Source of the DNA: an uncultured Bacilli bacterium
GTDB lineage: Bacteria > Bacillota_I > Bacilli_A > RF39 > UBA660
NCBI GenBank assembly: GCA_947589165.1
Contig: CANQCH010000002.1
Location: forward strand, 1 to 33,453
Reading direction: 5' to 3'
Length of the DNA: 33,453 nucleotides
The notes below the pieces were generated by a model. It saw nothing but the letters and a program-made list of their open reading frames with translations, was not told where the DNA came from and did not search any database. The stretch's first letter is position 1. Each line of letters begins with the position of its first letter. Of the stretch, positions 1 through 6,904 are shown piece by piece. The position numbers and the translations under genes were made by a program.

Positions 1-92
1 TCGGACGGACTATCATAAATATTATAACAGATAGTATTAATCTTTTTTAATACTACCTAAAAAAATTTTACACTATCTTAAAACTAGTAAAT

Positions 93-121
93 TTGCATTT
101 TTGAAACTTTTGGTATATAAT
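93..121 (+). promoter_or_regulatory. Putative sigmaA-type promoter for the 150..1016 gene
   Basis: TTGCAT (93-98), 17-nt spacer, TATAAT (116-121). A GGGGG Shine-Dalgarno-like run lies about 9 nt before the ATG at 150. Confidence 0.5.
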
Positions 122-149
122 ACGTCTTAAAAAAAGGGGGCAAAGATTC

Positions 150-1016
150 ATGGAACCTTTATATTTAAGTGGTTTATTAAGAAAAAGACTAATTAAATTT
201 TATTGGCATACGTTATGTGATTATGATAGCGAAAAGATTACTTTTGTTAATCCGCAAAAGAGACAAAAATTTGCTTTTACTTATATGGGAGAAATTATAA
301 CTACGCCCGACAATAATTCTTTTAAAGAAGAACTCCGAAGCTTACAAGAACAACGTTTACAAGAAGGTATGAAGGAAATTAGTGCTTTAACATTATTTAA
401 GTTTGGCCCTAAAAAATGGAATTTAAATGGACAAATGGTGGCGATAAAAACTGAAGTAGAAAATCTGATGGCCATGATAATGACCAGCGAGCGAAAATAC
501 AGTTTTGCCCTTTTAACGTGTTTATATAAAATAATGGTTAAAGCTAATGTGGTATCGATTAAAGATGATTTGGCAAATTTAGCTACTTTAATTAATTTTT
601 TGGAATTAAATGGCCATGATCTAAAACAAATCGATATTGATTTAATTTGTCAAAAATTTTGCGAAAATTCTTTTCTAATTTGGTCTAATCTATCCTATTA
701 CATTCCCGAATTAAAAAAGAATGTTTTTCATCTAGATGAAGATGAATTAGATCTTAATTGTCGGCAAATTCTTTTTCTTGGCGAATTTATCGCTCCCCAA
801 AAAGTCGCGAAAATTGCCCCTTTATTATTAGAACAAAATGCTAAAAGTAGTTTAATTGCTCAAATCTATTTACTTTTAAATAATGAACAACTAGCCACTA
901 AGATTTGGCAATTACAAAAAGTCGAGGATATTACAACCCCCGAAATTATTGATTATTTATCTTATCAAACACCAGTCTCTTATGCTATTAATGAACTTAT
1001 TCGGAAAAAAAATTAA
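150..1016 (+). CDS. Hypothetical protein, 288 aa, no recognisable domain
   Basis: Long ORF with a promoter and RBS upstream. Convergent with the minus-strand holin-like gene. No motif I can assign, and predicted soluble and helical by composition. Confidence 0.6.
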   Translation: MEPLYLSGLLRKRLIKFYWHTLCDYDSEKITFVNPQKRQKFAFTYMGEIITTPDNNSFKEELRSLQEQRLQEGMKEISALTLFKFGPKKWNLNGQMVAIKTEVENLMAMIMTSERKYSFALLTCLYKIMVKANVVSIKDDLANLATLINFLELNGHDLKQIDIDLICQKFCENSFLIWSNLSYYIPELKKNVFHLDEDELDLNCRQILFLGEFIAPQKVAKIAPLLLEQNAKSSLIAQIYLLLNNEQLATKIWQLQKVEDITTPEIIDYLSYQTPVSYAINELIRKKN

Positions 1017-1023
1017 AATAATT

Positions 1024-1296
1024 TTAACCCGCGTCGCTTTCGCTCGCCGGTTTTTTTATAATTTTGACTAAATCCGCTACCCCACCAGCGCTCATAGTAG
1101 CCATTAGACAAGTTACAATTGCCGAAAGAAAATTAGGTTCAAGTTTACTAAAAAAACAAATAAGAGCGCTTACTAAAGCAATTAAAACATTTTGTAATGG
1201 AATAAATTTAGATGGTATTTGGGCAATAAATATTTTGGTAATCGCCCCAAAGACATAAGCCACTAAACCAATAATAAGGGTTATATTAATATTCAT
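1024..1296 (-). CDS. Small three-TM membrane protein, holin-like (resembles the Hol44 / phage holin superfamily V pattern)
   Basis: I moved the start from the TTG at 1305 to the ATG at 1296 (MNINITL...), with AGGAG 9 nt upstream. It has three hydrophobic segments and a charged C-tail (KKPASESDAG). The IP..FIP and GG.ADLVK pattern is recalled from Firmicute phage-holin-family proteins, so the family call is from memory only. Confidence 0.45.
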   Translation of the reverse strand: MNINITLIIGLVAYVFGAITKIFIAQIPSKFIPLQNVLIALVSALICFFSKLEPNFLSAIVTCLMATMSAGGVADLVKIIKKPASESDAG

Positions 1297-1359
1297 TTTT
1301 TTCAACTCCTATTATTAATTTATGCAAGCTTGTCCCGCATGATAAAGACAAATATCTAA

Positions 1360-3615
1360 CTAATTTAGTTTATCAAAATACATTTTAGGAACTAAATAAT
1401 TAGAAGTCATAAAATTAAGTGGTATTAGTAAGTTATTCTTATCATTAGATATTTTTTGATCCGTATGATTATCATCGGAAGCATCTATATAATTGATTTT
1501 ATAAACATCACCATTAGTCGTATTAATTGTAACAATATATTCCGTATCTTCATATATATTCGATAATGTGGTATAGCTATCACTAATTTCTCTTGATGTT
1601 TTTATTTGCCCCGTTACAGCATTTTGCAAAGTGATAGTTCCTTCTTTAATGGATTTATATCCTTTGTCAACTTCAGGATTTATATATCTTGGATATATTT
1701 CTAAATCATAAGCTTTTTTATCAGTAAAGGTTAGTTTTTTATAAACAATATCATAATCTAATTTACTTTCTTCTGTATTAGTAATATTTTTACCATCTAA
1801 ATAGATTTTATATTCTTTTTGGGGAATCGCTTTACTATGTCCTGAATCAACAGTAATGATATCGCCATCGGCAAAAACTAAATATACCAGCATATTTGTC
1901 GTAGTTGAAGCAGCATCTTGGATGGTATCAATTTTAAGTGAATTATAATCACCAAATAATTCTAAGATTGTTTCCAATGTATGATACGAAAAGCCAAGAT
2001 TTTCATAATTGTATTTTTCATTAATATCATCCCAATATTCATTAACTTTATTTAAAGGGTCTTTTTCAATCCACATACTAATGGATTCTTCAATTGAACT
2101 GGCTTCAGGTCTTTGAAATTCCGCAATTGATTCTATTTTTTTATTATTGGCTTGAGCTGATAGCATTTCTCCTTCAATATTATTGGTCATGGATTTTTTA
2201 TAATAATTCATGATACTTAATTTATCACAATTGGCAATCATCTTATTAAAGGCATTTTTTACTCTTTGTTCATCCTCTTCTTTAGTTAAAGAATTATCAT
2301 CAACTAAAGAAGTATCATACCAATAAGGAATAACATTAACTAATTCGATATTTTTTTCTTTAGCATATGTATATGCTTCCGCAAAAGTATCTATATAAAT
2401 TTCAAAAACCCCAATTTTATCATTTGCAAAATCGGCTAAAGCATGGGGTTCTGTATCCATCACAATACCTTTAATTGTTGCTTCCGGATGAGCTAAGTTA
2501 TAATTTGCTACTAAATCAATGGAGTTTTTAAATTTTTCTAGTTTATTATACCAAGTTGGATCACCATCAAGTAGATAAGTATTGATATGATTAGTTTGTA
2601 ATTTTTGGACAATGCGAACCGCTTCTCCACTCGTTAATTCTTCATCTTTAAAGGCATGATAAACTTCGGTAATATTTAATTGTTGTAAACGTTTAATTGT
2701 ATTATCAATATTATTAATTGTAAATGGTGTATTTTGCCAACTATAAACAGAATAATTAGCATATTTTTCTTTTTGAATTATTACTTTACCACTTAAATTC
2801 TTACCAGTATTTAAATTTTGATCGGTATCTAGATTTTTAAAATACACTTTAATTTCCCAATTATGTGTCGTTGTATCATTTTCCTTACTTCCACCCGTAA
2901 CTTGAATTTTTTGCCCTACTTTTACTTTGATTAAACCATTTGCCTCCGTAATATCAAAGCCACCTATTTTTTCTTCACCCATAGTAATGGCATCTTCATA
3001 ATATGTTAAAGCTTGGTCATTAATGGAAACATCACTTGTTACAATGCCATCTGGTCCTTTAATACTTAAATATAGTTCGGGGATAGGTTTGTATTCATCT
3101 AACTCATTTTTACTTAGCGCTGCTTTTTTTTCATTATCACTAAGATATATTTTTGGTTCCGCACCATCTTTATTATAACTAGAATATTGTAATTCATTTT
3201 GGTTTATTAAAATATAGACATTATAGGTATATTCTTCCGTTTCATAATAGGTATTATTAGCTTTTAACATAACTGTAGCACTTACCCCATCACCTTGATG
3301 ATTACCTTGTTGATTAAAATTTGCCATATTCGCATTAATGTTAATGGTTACATCATCATTATTATCATCTATTCCTTTATTAAGGACGCTACCATCTTCG
3401 CCAGTTATTTTAGCTTCCGTAATATTCATATCATCTAAAGCGAAAGTCAAATTATCAGTTGTTCCAGTTGTGATATTAATATCCGTATTAGTGCCGGCGC
3501 CAACTTGAGCTTGAAAATAGGCATAAGCCGCTCCAATAAAGACAATTATAAAAAAAAGAAAGCCCATAACAAGTAAAAATGTGGTTTTGGTTTTAGAAGA
3601 AAATTTTTGCTTCAT
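1360..3615 (-). CDS. Gene E: signal-anchored secreted multidomain protein. N-terminal beta-rich module, central TIM-barrel glycoside-hydrolase-like region, beta-rich C-terminus.
   Basis: 751-aa ORF with AGAGGT RBS 6 nt before the ATG. The N-terminus is K-rich, then hydrophobic (FLLVMGFLFFIIVFIGAAYAYFQAQ), resembling the SipW-cognate/TasA-camelysin type signal (G-x-x-A-x-F-x-D/Q). The central segment alternates strand and helix, with GIVMDTEP (D-x-E after a beta strand) and PYWYD, reminiscent of GH18-like/GHL barrels. The domain calls are inference. Confidence 0.6.
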   Translation of the reverse strand: MKQKFSSKTKTTFLLVMGFLFFIIVFIGAAYAYFQAQVGAGTNTDINITTGTTDNLTFALDDMNITEAKITGEDGSVLNKGIDDNNDDVTININANMANFNQQGNHQGDGVSATVMLKANNTYYETEEYTYNVYILINQNELQYSSYNKDGAEPKIYLSDNEKKAALSKNELDEYKPIPELYLSIKGPDGIVTSDVSINDQALTYYEDAITMGEEKIGGFDITEANGLIKVKVGQKIQVTGGSKENDTTTHNWEIKVYFKNLDTDQNLNTGKNLSGKVIIQKEKYANYSVYSWQNTPFTINNIDNTIKRLQQLNITEVYHAFKDEELTSGEAVRIVQKLQTNHINTYLLDGDPTWYNKLEKFKNSIDLVANYNLAHPEATIKGIVMDTEPHALADFANDKIGVFEIYIDTFAEAYTYAKEKNIELVNVIPYWYDTSLVDDNSLTKEEDEQRVKNAFNKMIANCDKLSIMNYYKKSMTNNIEGEMLSAQANNKKIESIAEFQRPEASSIEESISMWIEKDPLNKVNEYWDDINEKYNYENLGFSYHTLETILELFGDYNSLKIDTIQDAASTTTNMLVYLVFADGDIITVDSGHSKAIPQKEYKIYLDGKNITNTEESKLDYDIVYKKLTFTDKKAYDLEIYPRYINPEVDKGYKSIKEGTITLQNAVTGQIKTSREISDSYTTLSNIYEDTEYIVTINTTNGDVYKINYIDASDDNHTDQKISNDKNNLLIPLNFMTSNYLVPKMYFDKLN

Positions 3616-3636
3616 ATCTGTACCTCTATTTTTTTA

Positions 3637-3666
3637 ATTATATCATGAAACATCAGCCTTAGTAAA
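3637..3666 (-). promoter_or_regulatory. Putative promoter of gene E (extended -10)
   Basis: On the minus strand: TTTACT (3661-3666), 18-nt spacer, TGATATAAT (extended -10, hexamer 3637-3642). It sits between the gene D terminator and the gene E RBS. Confidence 0.45.
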
Positions 3667-3677
3667 TTAATATTATC

Positions 3678-3710
3678 AAAAAAAATAAATGTTATCCAAA
3701 ACATTTATTT
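3678..3710 (-). terminator. Rho-independent terminator after gene D
   Basis: Perfect 11-bp stem AAATAAATGTT (3683-3693) / AACATTTATTT (3700-3710) with a 6-nt loop. It is flanked by A/T runs on both sides and starts 8 nt after the gene D stop codon. Confidence 0.6.
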
Positions 3711-3717
3711 TTTTAAA

Positions 3718-5787
3718 TTAACTAACTAAATCTACTTTAATATGACCATTAAAGTTCTTACCTTGGTCTTCATTTTGTTCTTTTCCGGTTCCATGCAAAG
3801 TTAAAGACACGGTATAACTTTGCGTCGTATGCGCAGGAATTGCTACTCTACTTTTAATTAACGCATCAGCTTTCGGTGCCGTTTGCCAAGGTTGATTAAA
3901 GCCGCCATTATCACTTACAACACGGTACCAGAAATTCGTACTGGTAAAGGTATTCGTGGTCACAACCCAATTAAGATCATAATACATCGTAACTTCAGTT
4001 GGATTTTGAATCGTAAATTTTAAATCCGGAATGGTCGTATTGAAACCTTCGCCTTGATCATCAGGAAAAATATTTTCGGAAATAACTTCATTTTGATTTT
4101 CAAAAGTAACAATTAAAGATGCTGTACCAATTCCGGTGCCTCCGTTACCTTCTTGTTCCACACTACCATTACCTTTATCAGGCGTTACAATTTCGGTACA
4201 GAAACGATCACAAATACCATCATTATTATCATCACAGTTAATATCACAAACACCATCAGCATCAGTATCAATATTTAAATCTGGGAAACCATCATCGTTT
4301 TTATCAATATTGATATCTGGTGTTCCATCACCATCCATATCTAAATTCGTATCAGGCCAGCCATCATTATCGACATCACAGTTTAAATCACATTTACCAT
4401 CGCCATCAGTATCTTGATCGGTTCGGTTAGTGATATTACCATTTTCATCTTCTTTATTAAAGGTTGGTTTCCGGTTACCATCATGGTCAACATTAATATC
4501 GGGTTTACCATCGCCATCGGTATCACAGTTAACATCACACTTCCCGTCACCATCAACGTCGACATTAAGTTGTTTATCATCTTGATTTTGGTTAAAAATA
4601 CAATTGCTATCACAAATGCCATCATTATTGTTATCGACGTTGACATCTGGTTTACCATCGCCATCAGTATCAATATTTAAATCTGGGGTCCCATCCCCGT
4701 TGGTATCAACATTTAAATCTGGTTTGCCATCACCATCCATATCTAAATTCGTGTCAGGCCAGCCATCTTTATCGACATCACAGTTTAAATCACATTTACC
4801 ATCATTGTTGCGATCTTGATTAGTTCTATTGGTAATATTACCATTTTCATCTTCTTTATTAAAGGTTGCTTCCCGGTTACCTTCATAATCTAAATTCGTA
4901 TCGGGAATACCATCGTCATTGGTATCACAGTTAATATCACACTTACCATCACCATTAGTATCGACATTTAATTCCCGTTTATTATCCGTATCCGTCGACG
5001 TACAATTATAATCGCATTTACCATCGCCATTATTATCGACGTTGACATCTGGCTTACCATCGCCATCGGTATCAAGGTTTAAATCAGGCGTCCCGTCACC
5101 ATTTCGGTCAACGTTAATATCCGGCGTGCCATTGCCATCTAAATCTAAATTGGTGTCGGGCCAACCATCATTATTAGTATCACAGTTTAAATCACATTTG
5201 CCATCATTATTTAAATCTTGATTTAACGGATTACGCACACTCCCATCTTTTTGTAAAACATTAAAAGTTTTTTGCCGATTGCCCCGATAATCAACATTTT
5301 TATCGGGTTTTTGATTCCCATTTTCATCACAGTTAATATCACAAACGCCATCGCCATCAGTATCAATATTTAAATCCGCAACGCCATCACCATTTAAATC
5401 AATATTTAATTTCATCGCGTTTAAATATTGAACCCCGGAATAAGTCGCGGCAATCCCCGCGAATAAAAAAGTAAACAAGAAAATTAAAAATAAACCCATG
5501 TTGCCTTTTTCCACAAAGTCAAATATTACTTTACTGCCATCTTTACTAACTTTTAAATTATAAGGTAAATATATTTCTTTATCTTTAACCTCAAAACATA
5601 AATTTAAAACTTTTTCGACATATTTAGGCACAATTTTTAATGTATCTTCATACATTTTACCTAAAATAGTTTCAATTTTTTGTTTTTGTTCTTGGGCATT
5701 TAAAAGCATGAAGTCTTTTAAGTTTAAAACTTCGCGATTAGCTAATATTTTTTTCTTTTTCTTTTCTTCTTTTACTTTTTTAGCCAT
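3718..5787 (-). CDS. Gene D: single-pass (N-in) membrane protein with an extracellular array of Cys-containing thrombospondin type 3-like Ca-binding repeats and a C-terminal beta-sandwich-like domain
   Basis: 689-aa ORF whose GAGGGT RBS overlaps the upstream TGA stop. Lys-rich N-terminus (MAKKVKEEKKKKK). One TM helix at aa 97-119 (5431-5499). I counted about 25 twelve-residue units N-x-D-x-(D/N)-x-D-G-x-x-D-x over aa 128-530, many carrying C-D-x-N-C. The last ~135 aa are beta-rich and end GKNFNGHIKVDLVS. Confidence 0.8.
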   Translation of the reverse strand: MAKKVKEEKKKKKILANREVLNLKDFMLLNAQEQKQKIETILGKMYEDTLKIVPKYVEKVLNLCFEVKDKEIYLPYNLKVSKDGSKVIFDFVEKGNMGLFLIFLFTFLFAGIAATYSGVQYLNAMKLNIDLNGDGVADLNIDTDGDGVCDINCDENGNQKPDKNVDYRGNRQKTFNVLQKDGSVRNPLNQDLNNDGKCDLNCDTNNDGWPDTNLDLDGNGTPDINVDRNGDGTPDLNLDTDGDGKPDVNVDNNGDGKCDYNCTSTDTDNKRELNVDTNGDGKCDINCDTNDDGIPDTNLDYEGNREATFNKEDENGNITNRTNQDRNNDGKCDLNCDVDKDGWPDTNLDMDGDGKPDLNVDTNGDGTPDLNIDTDGDGKPDVNVDNNNDGICDSNCIFNQNQDDKQLNVDVDGDGKCDVNCDTDGDGKPDINVDHDGNRKPTFNKEDENGNITNRTDQDTDGDGKCDLNCDVDNDGWPDTNLDMDGDGTPDINIDKNDDGFPDLNIDTDADGVCDINCDDNNDGICDRFCTEIVTPDKGNGSVEQEGNGGTGIGTASLIVTFENQNEVISENIFPDDQGEGFNTTIPDLKFTIQNPTEVTMYYDLNWVVTTNTFTSTNFWYRVVSDNGGFNQPWQTAPKADALIKSRVAIPAHTTQSYTVSLTLHGTGKEQNEDQGKNFNGHIKVDLVS
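4198..5406 (-). repeat. In-frame tandem repeat region inside gene D: 36-nt Ca-binding units nested in three ~402-bp super-repeats
   Basis: The anchor string GTTTAAATCACATTT recurs on the + strand at 4381, 4783 and 5185, an exact 402-bp period. The 52-nt stretch from ~4329 (caccatccatatctaaattcgt...) recurs from ~4731 with 3 mismatches. The protein super-repeats start DYRGNRQ, DYEGNRE and DHDGNRK. Confidence 0.85.
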
Positions 5788-5797
5788 TTTGCTACCC

Positions 5798-6898
5798 TCA
5801 CTTTAATAGTTCAAATGCTTTTTGTTTACAACTTTCATATTCACGGCCGAGTTTTTTAAATTCTTTAGCGATTTCCTTTTCTTTAGCCTTTTCAATAGTT
5901 AGATATTTTTTAATTTCTTTATTTACTAAAGCTTTAACATCTTTAATAGCTAAATTATCTTCTTTAAGAAGCTTAGTAATCACCATTCTTAAATCTAAAT
6001 CTTCCGCTACTTTTACTTTATCATATTTTTCATCTTTATTCAATTTAAGTGCTTCATTTTGCACAAAAAAGGCAAAATCATACGCTGCTTTTAATTCTTT
6101 TTCCCGATCTAAAGTCTCATCAGTTACTTCGGTCATCGGCTTAATATTATTGCTTTCCAAGTATTCCCATAACTCTAAAGCCTTAATAAAATTTTGCTCT
6201 TTTAAAATAACATTGGTTTTCCGAATGGGACTCCGTACCGGTTGGCTAGCTTGCAAACTTTTAATAAATTGACTGCCCATAAACGCGGCCAAAACATCCT
6301 TGATATGTTCAATACGGGTTTCCAAACTATGACCATCTTTTTTTTCTGGGGCCATTTCTTCGGTTTGTTTACTTTCGAGTTTTAAGGTAACATTAAGGGT
6401 TTCCTTGCCATTTTTGGTTGCCACTTCATAAGTTACCTGACTATCCGCATCGACATGGGATTTTTGATCGGATTCCGCCAATTTATTATTTACAAATTGG
6501 TAAAGGTTATCGACCAAGGATTTAATAAACCGGTTTTCGTATAAATCAACGGTTTCTTCCCGATAAACATTTAATAATTTTAAAGGGATAACGTTACCAT
6601 CTTCATCCACATCTTGAATTAAATTCGTATTTTGCGCTAAATGACGAATACTTTCTTCGGTTACCACTTTCGCTTTTTCAATTGGCACAATATTTTCTTC
6701 TTGTACAATAAAGCGCCGTGGATTACGAATAATATTATCCAAATACGGAATAGATTCTTCAATCATTTCAATCCATGAAGTATCACTAATTACTTTATGA
6801 ACTTTAGTCGTTGCCTTTAAATTACTCGGGTTGTTTTTCACAAATTGTTCGTATTCTTTTAAATCTAAAGATTTTATGAATTTTTCTAGTTCCATCAT
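5798..6898 (-). CDS. Gene C: McrC N-terminal/DUF2357-like partner protein with no recognisable PD-(D/E)xK nuclease domain; coiled-coil C-terminus
   Basis: 366-aa ORF starting 6 nt after the gene B stop, with an AAGAGG RBS. NPRRFIVQEE...IPIEKAKVV..ESIRHL, then TVDLYENRFIKSLV (ENRF at 6527-6538), then PIRKTNVIL...ALELWEYL. This matches my recollection of the DUF2357/McrC-N signature, including the ENRF motif. The remaining ~120 aa are Lys/Glu-rich helix with no D...(D/E)xK strand pattern. Confidence 0.55.
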   Translation of the reverse strand: MMELEKFIKSLDLKEYEQFVKNNPSNLKATTKVHKVISDTSWIEMIEESIPYLDNIIRNPRRFIVQEENIVPIEKAKVVTEESIRHLAQNTNLIQDVDEDGNVIPLKLLNVYREETVDLYENRFIKSLVDNLYQFVNNKLAESDQKSHVDADSQVTYEVATKNGKETLNVTLKLESKQTEEMAPEKKDGHSLETRIEHIKDVLAAFMGSQFIKSLQASQPVRSPIRKTNVILKEQNFIKALELWEYLESNNIKPMTEVTDETLDREKELKAAYDFAFFVQNEALKLNKDEKYDKVKVAEDLDLRMVITKLLKEDNLAIKDVKALVNKEIKKYLTIEKAKEKEIAKEFKKLGREYESCKQKAFELLK

Positions 6899-6904
6899 AA
6901 CCTC

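Noticed and set aside
32-55. 9-bp inverted repeat TAGTATTAA-tctttt-TTAATACTA at the window start, as a terminator of an upstream gene
   Set aside because: Neither strand has a U-tract directly after the stem, and the upstream gene is outside the window, so function cannot be assessed.
1020-1056. GC-rich stretch ACCCGCGTCGCTTTCGCTCGCCGGTTTTTTT, as a terminator for the 150..1016 gene
   Set aside because: The best pairing I could find is 3-5 bp with bulges. The sequence is the coding 3' end of the holin-like gene (KKPASESDAG), which explains the local GC richness.
1024-3615. Prophage remnant or mobile element, suggested by the holin-like gene
   Set aside because: No integrase, recombinase, transposase, terminase, capsid, tail or endolysin genes are present. 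No flanking direct or inverted repeats or tRNA attachment site are visible. A single holin-like ORF is insufficient evidence.
4136-4819. Four overlapping ORFs inside gene D (4136..4417 +, 4383..4673 -, 4414..4680 +, 4604..4819 +), some with their own repetitive SPS/LPS-rich translations
   Set aside because: They are alternative-frame and antisense readings of the low-complexity GAT/GGT/AAT-rich repeat DNA, so their open frames follow from the codon periodicity of gene D. They have no RBS or promoter, and the D frame is the only one continuous across the whole region with a TM helix and terminal domains.
4198-5406. Regular repeats that could superficially suggest a CRISPR array or a satellite
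   Set aside because: The repeats are in-frame coding units (36 nt nested in 402 nt) with no unique spacers of constant length, no leader and no cas genes. They encode the D-x-D-x-D-G Ca-binding motif.
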